Below, piece by piece: positions 40,567 through 51,121 of a stretch of 64,000 bases of DNA. The number at the start of each line of letters is the position of its first letter. Position 1 is the stretch's first letter. The DNA is from a bacterium (GTDB taxonomy: Bacteria; Patescibacteriota; Patescibacteriia; UBA10025), in the NCBI GenBank assembly GCA_021815445.1, contig JAKAGM010000001.1, forward strand, positions 299,527-363,526, in the 5' to 3' direction. The translations under genes and the position numbers were made by a program. Below the pieces are notes generated by a model. The model saw only the letters and a program-made list of their open reading frames with translations, made no database searches and had not been told where the DNA came from.

Positions 40567-41397
40567 ATGGCCTATCAAGAAGTAACTACGATCAAACCAA
40601 AAAAGGGTTGGGTGGGGGTTAATGTAAAAGAACTATGGCGCTATCGAGAGCTTTTTTTTATTTTTGTATGGCGTGATATTAAAATACGATACAAGCAGAC
40701 GGCAATAGGCGTACTCTGGGCTATCCTGCAGCCATTTTTGTTAATGGTAGTGTTTTCAATCTTTTTTGGCTCATTCGCCAAAATGCCGTCAAACGGGGTC
40801 CCCTACCCTATTTTCGTTTTTTCAGGTCTGCTTTTTTGGAATTATTTTTCTGTTTCACTGACGAATGCAAGCGACTCATTAGTCAGTAATGAGAATATTT
40901 TAAAAAAAATATATTTCCCCCGTTTAATCCTTCCCCTGTCGCCCACGATGACACCTCTCGTTGATTTTGCAATCGCCTTCATTGTGCTCATCGGAATGCT
41001 TTTTTATTATCATTTTACGCCCACGCTCATCGGCATCGTCATATTGCCGCTGCTCCTTTTTACGTCCTTTCTCTCCGCGTCGGGTTTGGGAATGTTTTTA
41101 GCCGCCATAAACGTCAGATACCGCGACATAAGATATGCCCTCCCCTTTTTTATTCAAAGCCTTTTGTTTGTCACTCCGGTAATTTATCCGACAAGCATTG
41201 TTTCTTCGCAATACCAATGGATCCTCAAATTGAACCCAATGACCGGAATCATCGAGGCGGCTAGGGCCGGCATTGTTGGCGGCAAACAAATTGATTTCAC
41301 GTTACTGGCAATTTCTGGGATTATCGCCGCAGCGATTTTTTTGTTTGGAATATTTTATTTTAGGAAAACTGAGCGGATATTCGCTGATGTCGCCTAA
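40567..41397 (+). CDS. wzm: Polysaccharide ABC exporter permease
   Basis: WRYREL..RDIKIRYKQT..G.LW..QP, RYRD, LNP. Confidence 0.93.
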   Translation: MAYQEVTTIKPKKGWVGVNVKELWRYRELFFIFVWRDIKIRYKQTAIGVLWAILQPFLLMVVFSIFFGSFAKMPSNGVPYPIFVFSGLLFWNYFSVSLTNASDSLVSNENILKKIYFPRLILPLSPTMTPLVDFAIAFIVLIGMLFYYHFTPTLIGIVILPLLLFTSFLSASGLGMFLAAINVRYRDIRYALPFFIQSLLFVTPVIYPTSIVSSQYQWILKLNPMTGIIEAARAGIVGGKQIDFTLLAISGIIAAAIFLFGIFYFRKTERIFADVA

Positions 41398-41401
41398 TAC
41401 T

Positions 41402-42676
41402 ATGCAGGACGAAATCATAAAAGTAAACAACATTTCTAAATCCTACACCATTACGCATCGCGAATCTTACGAAACCATACGCGATAAAGTAACTGAACTT
41501 GCGAAAAAGCCGTTTCAAATGTTTGCTGGCCGCACACATACTGAAAAAGAAAAGTTCTGGGCACTGAGAGATGTCCAATTTTCAGTCAAACAGGGCGAGC
41601 GCTTGGGAATCATAGGAAGAAATGGCGCCGGCAAAAGCACACTCTTAAAGATTTTGTCCCAGATTACGTATCCGACCGCCGGCGATGTAATGTTGCGGGG
41701 ACGGGTAGCTAGTCTGCTCGAGGTCGGTACTGGCTTCCACCCCGAGCTGACCGGCAGAGAAAATATATTCCTGAATGGAGCCATATTAGGGATGAAACAA
41801 TCGGAAATAAGAAAAAAATTTGATGAAATAGTCGCGTTTGCTGAGATTGAACAATTTCTTGATACACCCGTTAAACGATATTCATCAGGGATGTACGTGA
41901 GGCTCGCTTTTGCGGTTGCCGCACATTTGGAGCCTGAAATACTAATCATTGACGAAGTCTTAGCCGTCGGCGACACGCAATTCCAGAAAAAATGCCTAGG
42001 TAAAATGGAGGATGTGGCAAAAGGAGGCAGGACAATACTTTTTGTCAGCCACAACATGGGTTCGATACATAAATTGTGCGATTCTTGCATATGGCTTGAC
42101 CGGGGGAAAGTTGTCGCGGCCGGTGATCCGCAAAATGTCATCATGCAGTATTTGGACTACCAAAGTAAGGGACGCGCAATTTTTACGCAGGAACATCAAT
42201 CAAAAAAAAAGATGAACTTAAGAAAAGTATTCCTGTTGGACGGAAGAGCTCAAATCGGCCGTTTAGTCAACTTCGATGACGATGTTTTGATAGCTATTGA
42301 GTATGAGATTAATCAAGAAGTGAATAACTGCCTCGTCTGGTTTACGCTCTCATCAGGCGACGGTATTGAGATTCTCTGCAGTACGGACTATGATCTCCAC
42401 CCCGAGCTCAAAGGCCCAAGATCCAAAGGTTATTACCGTACAACTGCTGTGATTCCAAAAAAGGTCCTCAGTCCAGGCAGCTATAATATCTTAGTCGGAA
42501 TTAATTCGAATAATTTACCCAGTGAAACTTTTGATCGGATTGAGACTATTTCATTTGATGTGGTAGACAACGGCAGTTCACCTAAAGCCATGTTTGGGGA
42601 AATGTCGCGAAGTGGATTTTTACAGCCTTTTTTGGACTGGCAAACGCAAAAAGTTTCTGAAAAAACGGATTCTTAA
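41402..42676 (+). CDS. wzt: Polysaccharide ABC exporter ATPase with C-terminal Wzt_C domain (start 41402 or 41387)
   Basis: GRNGAGKST, YSSGM..RLAF, IDEVLAVGD, VSH; about 170-aa beta-rich C-terminal extension. Confidence 0.93.
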   Translation: MQDEIIKVNNISKSYTITHRESYETIRDKVTELAKKPFQMFAGRTHTEKEKFWALRDVQFSVKQGERLGIIGRNGAGKSTLLKILSQITYPTAGDVMLRGRVASLLEVGTGFHPELTGRENIFLNGAILGMKQSEIRKKFDEIVAFAEIEQFLDTPVKRYSSGMYVRLAFAVAAHLEPEILIIDEVLAVGDTQFQKKCLGKMEDVAKGGRTILFVSHNMGSIHKLCDSCIWLDRGKVVAAGDPQNVIMQYLDYQSKGRAIFTQEHQSKKKMNLRKVFLLDGRAQIGRLVNFDDDVLIAIEYEINQEVNNCLVWFTLSSGDGIEILCSTDYDLHPELKGPRSKGYYRTTAVIPKKVLSPGSYNILVGINSNNLPSETFDRIETISFDVVDNGSSPKAMFGEMSRSGFLQPFLDWQTQKVSEKTDS

Positions 42677-42710
42677 TAATACTACTATCGGCTCAAAACT
42701 AAAAAACACT

Positions 42711-43427
42711 ATGATACTGAATAAGAAAATACTTACAATCATACCTGCTCGCGGAGGATCTAAGCGTTTGCCGGGAAAAAATATCAAGCTTTTGGCCGGC
42801 AAACCGATGATTGCATATGCGATCGAGGCTGCCAGAAAATCGAAATATACTGACAATATAATTGTTACGACGGATGACCAAAAAATTGCTGATATCGCCG
42901 CGAAATATGGAGCTGATGTCCCGTTTATACGGCCGACCGAGTTGGCCACTGACGAAGCCAAGAGCATCGACGTTATCATCCACGCCGTAGATTTCTTCGA
43001 GACACAGAAGGGCTTTTTGATAGATTTGATAATCTTGATTCAACCGACCTCGCCGCTCGTTATTTCGACGGATGTTGACGCGGTCATTGAAAAAATACTC
43101 CAAGCAGAGACAAAAAGTTGTGCAACTGTGTTTAAGGTTACACAGAGACCCGAGTGGATGTACGTAATCCACCAGGGTGAATCGAAGCCCTTTCTGACTG
43201 CGCATAACACTGACCTGCCGAGTCAGGAACTGAAAGAACTCTATTGTTTAAATGGCGCCGTCTATGCCATGCGTCGTGATACGGTCATGAAAGACAGGTT
43301 GGTAATAGACAATAAAAGCTTCTCAACTGTCATTATACCCAGGGAAAGATCGGTGGACGTGGACGAGCTGTATGACTTTGAGCTAGCTGAAGCTATTCTA
43401 AAAAATCATGCCAACAAGACAAGATAA
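42711..43427 (+). CDS. neuA: CMP-nonulosonic acid synthetase (NeuA/LegF family)
   Basis: IPARGGSKRLPGKNI, RP.ELA.D, QPTSPL, NGAVY, SVDVD. Confidence 0.93.
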   Translation: MILNKKILTIIPARGGSKRLPGKNIKLLAGKPMIAYAIEAARKSKYTDNIIVTTDDQKIADIAAKYGADVPFIRPTELATDEAKSIDVIIHAVDFFETQKGFLIDLIILIQPTSPLVISTDVDAVIEKILQAETKSCATVFKVTQRPEWMYVIHQGESKPFLTAHNTDLPSQELKELYCLNGAVYAMRRDTVMKDRLVIDNKSFSTVIIPRERSVDVDELYDFELAEAILKNHANKTR

Positions 43428-44481
43428 CCTAAACATTCAGATCGGTGATAAACGGATCAGCTATCATGATGAGGTTTTTGTTATTGCCGAGGCAGGGGTA
43501 AATCATAACGGACGTCTTAATCTGGCATTGAAGCTTGTCGACGCCGCTGCGCAAGCCGGTGCTCATGCGGTAAAATTTCAGACTTTCAAAGCCCACCAGG
43601 TTGTGGTAAAAAAAACGCCGATGGCTGAGTATCAAAAAAAGAACATTGCACGTAAACAAAGCCAACTGGCTATGTTAAAAAAAGTTGAATTACAAGAAGC
43701 ATTCTACGACAAAATAATTAAGCACTGCAAAAGAAGGAAAATTATTTTTCTTTCCACACCGCACGGCGGATTTGAGAGCATTGATTTTCTTCATTCCCTC
43801 GACGTGCCTGCGTATAAATTTGGCTCAGGAGATTTGAATAACACGCCTGTGCTCCAATACGCTGCGCGATTCGGAAAACCCATGATACTCGGTACCGGAA
43901 TGTCCACACTGCAAGAGGTAAAAAACGCAATCGCGGTCATCAGAAAAACCGGAAACAATAAAATAATCGTATTGCATGCAACGACCAATTACCCATGCCC
44001 TCCCCAAGAAGTCAACTTACAATCAATGGTAACAATGATGCACGCTGTACGTTGCCTCGTGGGCTATTCTGACCATACGTTAGGGATTGAGACGTCATCA
44101 GCTGCTGTCGCACTAAAGGCATGCATGATCGAGAAACACTTCACGTTAAACAAAAAATTGCCCGGTCCGGATCATAAATGTTCAGCTGAACCGAAGGAGC
44201 TTCAAACTTTAATAGACCGCATACGATACATTCACACGATATTGGGTTCACCAGTTAAGCAGCCGAACCCTAGCGAACTGAGAATGTTAAAGACTGTTCG
44301 AAAAAGCATTGTCACGTTATCTGAAATAAAAAAAGATGAGTTTTTTACACCAAAAAACTTAGGGATTAAGAGGCCTGGGACGGGTCTGGATCCAAAATAT
44401 TATTACAGGATCATCGGCAAAAAAGCATTACAGAACATTCGCCCAGATGTTCTGCTGACAAAAAAACATTATGCAGAGTAA
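43408..44481 (+). CDS. neuB: Nonulosonic acid synthase (NeuB/LegI family) with SAF domain
   Basis: IAEAGVNHNG, AVKFQTF, GYSDHT.G, IEKHFTL, KRPGTG. Confidence 0.95.
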   Translation: MPTRQDNLNIQIGDKRISYHDEVFVIAEAGVNHNGRLNLALKLVDAAAQAGAHAVKFQTFKAHQVVVKKTPMAEYQKKNIARKQSQLAMLKKVELQEAFYDKIIKHCKRRKIIFLSTPHGGFESIDFLHSLDVPAYKFGSGDLNNTPVLQYAARFGKPMILGTGMSTLQEVKNAIAVIRKTGNNKIIVLHATTNYPCPPQEVNLQSMVTMMHAVRCLVGYSDHTLGIETSSAAVALKACMIEKHFTLNKKLPGPDHKCSAEPKELQTLIDRIRYIHTILGSPVKQPNPSELRMLKTVRKSIVTLSEIKKDEFFTPKNLGIKRPGTGLDPKYYYRIIGKKALQNIRPDVLLTKKHYAE

Positions 44482-45628
44482 AAAGAAAAAAGTAGCATAC
44501 ATTACCGGTAATCGCGCCGATTTCGGATTAATGACACCGGTATTGCTGGCGATGAGGAAAAGCAAAAAGTTGTCACTTACGGTATATGCAACCGGCATGC
44601 ATCTCATGCCGGAATTTGGGCGCACTCTGAAAGAAGTAAAAAAGATATTTCCTGACGTGAAAGTGATCAGCGCCATTTTCAAATCAGACGGCAATAAAGG
44701 GATGGCAAGTTTTTCCTCAGCATACATTAAACGTCTGGTGGAGATGTTTACCAAAGACCGACCGGACTTTGTTATTACGTTGGGTGATCGAGTTGAGATG
44801 CTCTGTACGGCGCTTACCTGTCTTTACATGCATATCCCGAGCGGTCAGCTGCACGGCGGCGAAAAGACTTCCACAGTTGATGAAATTGCGCGCCATACAA
44901 TTACCAAACTTTCCAATCTGCATTTCCCGGCAACGCGTGTATCAGCCCAGAGAATCGAAAAAATGGGCGAAGAAAAGTGGCGCATACACATAGTTGGCGC
45001 CCCTGCGCTTGATATGATATTACACGGCAATTTGCCGAGCAAAAGGGAGGTTTACCGGTTTCTCGATATCAGGCCGTCGCTTCCATATATCCTAGTTACC
45101 CAGCATCCCGTTAGCCAAGAATGGACTGAATCCGGGAGACAAATGAGAGAAACGCTGCGCGCCGTCAAACACTTCGGCATACCTGTTGTAGTTACATACC
45201 CCAACGCAGATGCCGGTGGAAGAGTAATGATAAGGGAAATTAATAAAGAGGAGGGAAACTCATTATTCAGGATCAAGCCGAGCATCCCTTATGCATATTT
45301 CCTGGCAATTGAAAAATATGCGGCAGTCTGGGTTGGGAACAGCAGCGGGGCAATGATTGAGTCATCCTCTTTCCATACTCCGGTCGTCAATGTGGGCGAC
45401 CGTCAAAAAGGCAGAGAACGAGGTTTGAATGTTATTGACAGCCCTCACATACATACACGAATAGAAAAAGCCATCCGGAAATCACTGTCTGACAAAAAAT
45501 ATCGTAAACGACTTCAAAAGATTAAGAACCCGTGGGGTGACGGAAAAACTGGGATGAGGGTCGTAAAAATTCTAGAAAAAACTGATTTCAATACACAATT
45601 GCTCAACAAGCATTTAACTTATGACTAA
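44471..45628 (+). CDS. neuC: Hydrolysing UDP-sugar 2-epimerase (NeuC/LegG family)
   Basis: TGNRADFG, LGDRVE, HGGE, RHTITKLS.LHF, GNSSG, WGDG. Confidence 0.93.
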   Translation: MQSKKKKVAYITGNRADFGLMTPVLLAMRKSKKLSLTVYATGMHLMPEFGRTLKEVKKIFPDVKVISAIFKSDGNKGMASFSSAYIKRLVEMFTKDRPDFVITLGDRVEMLCTALTCLYMHIPSGQLHGGEKTSTVDEIARHTITKLSNLHFPATRVSAQRIEKMGEEKWRIHIVGAPALDMILHGNLPSKREVYRFLDIRPSLPYILVTQHPVSQEWTESGRQMRETLRAVKHFGIPVVVTYPNADAGGRVMIREINKEEGNSLFRIKPSIPYAYFLAIEKYAAVWVGNSSGAMIESSSFHTPVVNVGDRQKGRERGLNVIDSPHIHTRIEKAIRKSLSDKKYRKRLQKIKNPWGDGKTGMRVVKILEKTDFNTQLLNKHLTYD

Positions 45629-46226
45629 AAAAGTAATCATCGTAGGTGCCGGAGAAAATGGATATGTTATAGTGAACATATTGAAAAGAAAGTACAGTAT
45701 CGCCGGTTTTCTTGATGATAGAAAGAGAGGAAAACACATTCTTGGTAAAATTAATCAGTTCTCTAAATATAAAAAAAGTCATCTTTTTTTTGTAAATATT
45801 GGGAATAACAAGGTGAGAAAGAATATTTATCTGCTGATGAAGTCCGCCGGAGCAAAATTCGTTAATGCGATTCATGTCTTGTCTTTTGTAGAAAAAACTG
45901 CTAAAATTGGTGAAAATGTTTTTATCGGAGCTATGACCTACATAAATGTAAACGCCTCCATTGGCGACAATTCTTTCATTAATAACGGCTGCATTATCGA
46001 GCACGATAATGAGATTTCCGCGCACACACATGTTGCACCTGGCGTGATAACGGGAGGACGTGTCGTCATTGGTACGGGTTCGTTTATAGGACTTGGCAGC
46101 CGCATTAATGACCACACTAAGATAGGAAATAATGTAACCATCGGATCTGGTTCAGTCGTCATCGGCCCGATTGCGAGCAATACCACTGCGGTGGGTATTC
46201 CCGCTCATATAATTAAAAAATTATGA
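45621..46226 (+). CDS. NeuD/PglD-family sugar acetyltransferase
   Basis: GAG..G, IGNN..R, IEHDN, hexapeptide repeats. Confidence 0.9.
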   Translation: MTKKVIIVGAGENGYVIVNILKRKYSIAGFLDDRKRGKHILGKINQFSKYKKSHLFFVNIGNNKVRKNIYLLMKSAGAKFVNAIHVLSFVEKTAKIGENVFIGAMTYINVNASIGDNSFINNGCIIEHDNEISAHTHVAPGVITGGRVVIGTGSFIGLGSRINDHTKIGNNVTIGSGSVVIGPIASNTTAVGIPAHIIKKL

Positions 46227-47335
46227 AAAATTTTCCCGTTGCACGACCTTTTATTGATCGTAAAGACATTGATGGAGTAGTCGGCGTGCTGAAGTCCGGA
46301 TTGCTTTCTTTCGGGCCCAAGTATCTCCAATTTGAAAAACAAATTGCGAAATATACTGGGACCAGGTACGCATGCGCCGTTTCGAATGGCACCTGCGGCC
46401 TGCATTTGGCGGTCAAAGCTCTTAACCTTCACCCGGGCGATGAAGTAATCACGTCACCATTTTCCTTCATATCCTCTTCAAACTGCCTTCTCTTTGAGGG
46501 TGTCGTGCCAAGATTTATTGATATCCAGGAAAATACGTTTAACATGGATCCGAAATATCTCGATAAAAGCGTAACAAAAAAAACCAAAGCAATCCTCGCG
46601 GTACATATATTCGGACAGTCAGCTGATATGACTGAAATTATGGCATTTGCTAGACGGCATCATTTGCCGGTCATCGAGGATTCTTGTGAAAGCCTGGGAT
46701 CAAGATATATGGGAAAAATGACCGGGTCTATAGGTGATGTAGGTGTGTACGCCTTTTATCCCAATAAACAAATGACTACGGGCGAAGGAGGGATTGTTGT
46801 AACAAAATCAAAAAAAATTCGTGACATTTGCGTGAGTTTAAGAAACCAGGGCCGGAACAACCGCAATGATTGGCTGGTTCATGAAAGAGTCGGATACAAT
46901 TACCGGATGGATGAAATGAGCGCATCGTTAGGAATCACCCAACTTCACAAATTAAATTGGATGATAAATGAAAAAAGGAAGATCGCTTCATGGTACTCAT
47001 CTGAATTGGATGGACATAGATCGATCCGCGTACCGCGCATCGGCGTTAATCGAACGCATTCTTGGTTTGTGTACGTGATCCGTGTTACTAACGGCTCTCG
47101 CGATAAGATTATAAAAAAACTTGAACGAGAAAATATTTTCACGAAACCCTATCTTCCGGTGATACATCTCCAGCCATTTATGAAACAAATGTTCCATTAC
47201 AAAAAGGGGGCTTTTCCGATCGCGGAAAAAATCTCTTCTCAAACACTCGCGCTCCCCTTTTACATCGGGTTGACACGAGAAGATGTCGCATATATATCAC
47301 GTAAATTAATCTCTGTGATTAAGAATTATGATTAA
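46223..47335 (+). CDS. DegT/DnrJ family sugar aminotransferase
   Basis: SNGT.GLH, VIEDSCE, FYPNKQMTTGEGG, GYNYRM. Confidence 0.93.
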   Translation: MKNFPVARPFIDRKDIDGVVGVLKSGLLSFGPKYLQFEKQIAKYTGTRYACAVSNGTCGLHLAVKALNLHPGDEVITSPFSFISSSNCLLFEGVVPRFIDIQENTFNMDPKYLDKSVTKKTKAILAVHIFGQSADMTEIMAFARRHHLPVIEDSCESLGSRYMGKMTGSIGDVGVYAFYPNKQMTTGEGGIVVTKSKKIRDICVSLRNQGRNNRNDWLVHERVGYNYRMDEMSASLGITQLHKLNWMINEKRKIASWYSSELDGHRSIRVPRIGVNRTHSWFVYVIRVTNGSRDKIIKKLERENIFTKPYLPVIHLQPFMKQMFHYKKGAFPIAEKISSQTLALPFYIGLTREDVAYISRKLISVIKNYD

Positions 47336-48323
47336 ATATTTTCAGAATAAAATAATACTGGTAACTGGAGGGACTGGTTCAATAGGCTCCGAGCTGGTCA
47401 AACAGCTTATTACATATAAGCCGAAACAGTTACGTATTTTCTCGCGCGACGAAAGCAAACAGTACTACCTTATGGAGCAAATTGACCATCCGAGTAACGT
47501 CAGGTTTTTTATCGGCGATGTGAGGGACCAGGAACGTCTGGATTTGGCATTCCAAAATGTAGACGTGGTATTCCACGCCGCAGCGATGAAGCACGTTCCC
47601 TTGTGCGAGTACAACCCATTTGAAGCGGTAAAAACCAATATCGTAGGATCTCAAAATGTCATTAACGCCGCTCTAAAACATAATGTTGACAAGGTTGTCG
47701 CGATTTCAACCGATAAAGCCGCAAACCCGAGTAATGTCATGGGAACCTCAAAGCTCATGATGGAAAAACTTATAATAAATGCAAATTTTTACCGCGGCTG
47801 GGCTAGAACAAAATTTTCTTGCGTACGCTTCGGGAATGTCGCCTGGGCAAGAGGGTCAGTTCTTCCGCTATGGAAAAAACAGGCAGAAAGAGGGAATTCC
47901 ATTAAAATTACCAACCATGACATGACACGTTTTTTTATGTCTATTCCTCAGGCCAGGGATTTAGTTTTAAAAACTGCAAGCTTGGCATACGGCGGGGAGA
48001 TTTTCATTTTAAAGATGTCATCAATAAGAATCATCGATTTGGCAAAGATTTTTGTCAAAAAATATTATCCCGATAGGAAAATAAGAATCGTCAAAACAGG
48101 AAATCGACCCGGAGAAAAGATGCACGAAGATTTGTACGTTCCCAATATTACACCGAAGGCAATATTTGAAAATGACGAAATTCTCATAATAATTCCCGAG
48201 CTTGAAATATATGACCTTAAACAGCCCGAAAGAGAGTACAAAGGCTTTAGGAAAAAGCTCAGTTATGCGGATTATTGTTCCGATAAATCAATCAATGTAA
48301 GTAGGGTGAGAAATGTTATATAA
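47328..48323 (+). CDS. UDP-GlcNAc 4,6-dehydratase (Polysacc_synt_2; PglF/PseB/CapD-like)
   Basis: TGGTGSIG, SRDE, FHAAAMKHVP, STDKA, VRFGNV, RPGEKMHE. Confidence 0.9.
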   Translation: MIKYFQNKIILVTGGTGSIGSELVKQLITYKPKQLRIFSRDESKQYYLMEQIDHPSNVRFFIGDVRDQERLDLAFQNVDVVFHAAAMKHVPLCEYNPFEAVKTNIVGSQNVINAALKHNVDKVVAISTDKAANPSNVMGTSKLMMEKLIINANFYRGWARTKFSCVRFGNVAWARGSVLPLWKKQAERGNSIKITNHDMTRFFMSIPQARDLVLKTASLAYGGEIFILKMSSIRIIDLAKIFVKKYYPDRKIRIVKTGNRPGEKMHEDLYVPNITPKAIFENDEILIIIPELEIYDLKQPEREYKGFRKKLSYADYCSDKSINVSRVRNVI

Positions 48324-48339
48324 ATTTAATTATCGGTAA

Positions 48340-49209
48340 ATGAAAAAAGGGGTCAACATTAGGATAATCCCGAGGCTTGACATTAAGGGTCCCAACCTGG
48401 TCAAAGGAATTCATTTGGAAGGTTTACGCGTATTGGGTAAACCGGAGGATTTCGCCAAGCGTTACTATGAAATGGGCGCCGACGAACTTCTCTATGTCGA
48501 CGTCGTCGCAAGTTTGTACAACAGAAACAGTTTGCACGACATCATCTCTAGAACTGCTAAGGAGATATTCATACCCATGACAGTTGGCGGAGGCATACGT
48601 ACAATTGATGACATAAAATCTGTATTGCGGGCGGGTGCGGACAAGGTTGCCCTAAATACCGCAGCAATAAAGAATCCTGAGATCATACGGGAAGCCGCAA
48701 CCATCTTTGGCTCGTCAACAGTCACCATCGCAATAGAAGCGATAAAACAGCCAAACGGCGACTACCTCGCCTACACTGATAACGGTCGTGAATTCACTGG
48801 GGTGGAAGTGCTCGACTGGGCAAAAAAAATTGAATCACTCGGGGCCGGAGAAATCTTGCTCACATCGATAGACAGGGAGGGTACGGGATTGGGTTTCGAT
48901 AAAGAATTAACTAAGCGCATTGCTGCTGCGGTTTCGATACCTGTAGTAGCATGCGGAGGTCCCGGAAAACTTGAGCATATTTATGAGGTTATACATGAAT
49001 CACAGGCTGATGCGGTGGCGATAGCCTCGATGCTGCACTATGATCTCATTGGCCAGGGTAACGCCTCAGCGAAGTATGAAGGCGAAGGAAATACGGAATT
49101 CCTAAAGAAAAAAACAGGCACATTCGGCAAAATTACCAACACGAACATTTCCGCTATAAAAAAATATTTATTTGAACACGACATTCCTTGTCGGTACAGA
49201 AATGAATAA
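48340..49209 (+). CDS. HisF-like ammonia-channel protein (WbuZ/HisF2) for acetamidino sugar formation
   Basis: IIPRLDIK, VGGGIR, LLTSIDREG; in a glycan cluster beside hisH-like and wbuX-like genes. Confidence 0.88.
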   Translation: MKKGVNIRIIPRLDIKGPNLVKGIHLEGLRVLGKPEDFAKRYYEMGADELLYVDVVASLYNRNSLHDIISRTAKEIFIPMTVGGGIRTIDDIKSVLRAGADKVALNTAAIKNPEIIREAATIFGSSTVTIAIEAIKQPNGDYLAYTDNGREFTGVEVLDWAKKIESLGAGEILLTSIDREGTGLGFDKELTKRIAAAVSIPVVACGGPGKLEHIYEVIHESQADAVAIASMLHYDLIGQGNASAKYEGEGNTEFLKKKTGTFGKITNTNISAIKKYLFEHDIPCRYRNE

Positions 49210-49885
49210 AACAAACCCAAGGATAGCAATTATTGATTATAAATTGAGCAACCTTTTCAGCGTCAAACATGCATGCGAGTTCGTCGGCATGAATGCTGAA
49301 ATAACATCCTCGCGCGATGATGTTTTAAATGCAGACGGTGCGATTCTGCCAGGTGTAGGGGCGTTCGGCGATGCAATGAAAAATTTAGAAAATTTAAACC
49401 TTGTCAGCGCAATTAAAGAGTTCGTCAAATCCGGAAAACCGCTCATGGGCATTTGCCTCGGACTTCAGTTGCTTTTTTCTGAAAGCGAAGAATTTGGCCC
49501 TCATAAAGGCCTCGGCATTATCCCCGGTAAAGTTGTAAAATTTCCTTCCATAAATTCGGATGGGCGCGTCATAAAGGTTCCTCAAATAGGGTGGAATACA
49601 ATTCATACGCCGGACTCAGATCCTCTCAAATGGCAGAATACTCCCCTCTTAGGAATTGCCGACGGCGAATTTATGTATTTTGTTCATTCCTACTATATTA
49701 TCCCTGACAATACGAGGGATGTGCTGACGACTACGACATACGACACAATCACGTATGCGTCAAGCATACTGCATGATAATGTCATTGCGTTCCAATTCCA
49801 TCCCGAAAAAAGCGGGATAGAGGGCGTCAAAATATATAAGAACTGGGCCTTACACCTAAAAAAATTAAATAACCCGAATATATGA
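49202..49885 (+). CDS. HisH-like glutamine amidotransferase (WbuY/HisH2)
   Basis: LPGVGAF, GICLGLQ, YFVHSY, QFHPEKS; start revised to 49202. Confidence 0.9.
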   Translation: MNKTNPRIAIIDYKLSNLFSVKHACEFVGMNAEITSSRDDVLNADGAILPGVGAFGDAMKNLENLNLVSAIKEFVKSGKPLMGICLGLQLLFSESEEFGPHKGLGIIPGKVVKFPSINSDGRVIKVPQIGWNTIHTPDSDPLKWQNTPLLGIADGEFMYFVHSYYIIPDNTRDVLTTTTYDTITYASSILHDNVIAFQFHPEKSGIEGVKIYKNWALHLKKLNNPNI

Positions 49886-51102
49886 CTTTAAAGACCATGT
49901 ATGATCTCCCAGAAAAAGTGATTTTTTGCAAACGGTGTGTTATTTCCAATCAACGACCGGCTTCAACCCCGGAGTTCAGGCACACAAAAACTGCAAAAAA
50001 AGTTACGATTAATATAGATTCACAGGGAGTGTGTGACGCATGCCGGCAGGCTGAGGTTAAGGAAAAAATTGACTGGAGCAAACGTGAAAAGGAACTCGTC
50101 GTTTTGCTTGATAAATACCGTAAAAATGACGGAAGTTATGATTGCATCGTGCCCGGAAGTGGCGGCAAGGACAGCGCCTTTCAGGCGCACACTTTAAAAT
50201 ACAAATATGGCATGCATCCATTAACGGTAACTTGGCCTCCGATCCTCTACACTGACTATGGTTATCAAAATTTTAAAAATTGGATTGAAATTGGCGGTTT
50301 TGATAATATCACATTCAAGCAAAACGGACGGGTGATGAAACTGCTTACGAGACTGGCAATCGAAAACCTTTTTCACCCTTTTCAGACATTCATTCTTGGG
50401 CAGAAAAATCTCGGACCAAAAATCGCTTTAAAGTACAAAATTCCCCTGATTTTTTACGGAGAAAATGAAGCGGAATACGGAAACCCAATTGCCGAAAACG
50501 CAACATCCCTTCGCGATAAATCTTACTATGCAATGGAAAATCTTGACGAAGTATACCTCGGGGGCGTTTCGATTCCGGAACTTATAAAAAAATATAACAT
50601 CCAGCTAGCGGACCTTATGGCTTTTCTCCCCCCACGGGCAGAAGATTTAGACTCCTCAAAAATTGAAGTGCACTATTTAGGATATTACCTCAAATGGACG
50701 CCGCAAGAAGTTTATTATTACGCGGTTGAAAATACCGGTTTTAAGGCACGCCCTTTTCGCACACAGGGCACCTATAGCAAATATAATAGCATCGACGATA
50801 AAATCGACGATCTGCATTATTACACGACTCACATCAAATTCGGGATTGGTCGGGCGACATACGACGCTTCGCAGGAAATAAGGAATAGACACCTAACACG
50901 CGAAGACGGCAAAGCGCTCGTCAAACGTTTTGACGGCGAATTTCCAGATCGATATTTTGACGAAATAATGAACTATATAGGCATGGAGCCGAAACATTTC
51001 TTCGAATTATGTGATAAATTCAGACCGTCTCATTTGTGGAAAAAAATTGATGGTGAGTGGAAATTGCGTCACACTGTGAATAGTGACGGCACAGACGATT
51101 AA
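49882..51102 (+). CDS. N-acetyl sugar amidotransferase (WbuX/PseA/WbpG family)
   Basis: CKRC..GVCDAC, PP-loop SGGKDS, YGEN, KFGIGRAT. Confidence 0.92.
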   Translation: MTLKTMYDLPEKVIFCKRCVISNQRPASTPEFRHTKTAKKVTINIDSQGVCDACRQAEVKEKIDWSKREKELVVLLDKYRKNDGSYDCIVPGSGGKDSAFQAHTLKYKYGMHPLTVTWPPILYTDYGYQNFKNWIEIGGFDNITFKQNGRVMKLLTRLAIENLFHPFQTFILGQKNLGPKIALKYKIPLIFYGENEAEYGNPIAENATSLRDKSYYAMENLDEVYLGGVSIPELIKKYNIQLADLMAFLPPRAEDLDSSKIEVHYLGYYLKWTPQEVYYYAVENTGFKARPFRTQGTYSKYNSIDDKIDDLHYYTTHIKFGIGRATYDASQEIRNRHLTREDGKALVKRFDGEFPDRYFDEIMNYIGMEPKHFFELCDKFRPSHLWKKIDGEWKLRHTVNSDGTDD

Positions 51103-51121
51103 GCAAATAATACTCACCCAT

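Noticed and set aside
41515-42144. 209-aa minus-strand ORF and the many other short antisense ORFs in the track
   Set aside because: They lie wholly opposite well-supported genes and look like codon-bias shadows
48340-49885. hisF/hisH as histidine biosynthesis genes
   Set aside because: No other his genes are present; they are coupled to a WbuX-type amidotransferase inside a glycan operon, the known acetamidino module
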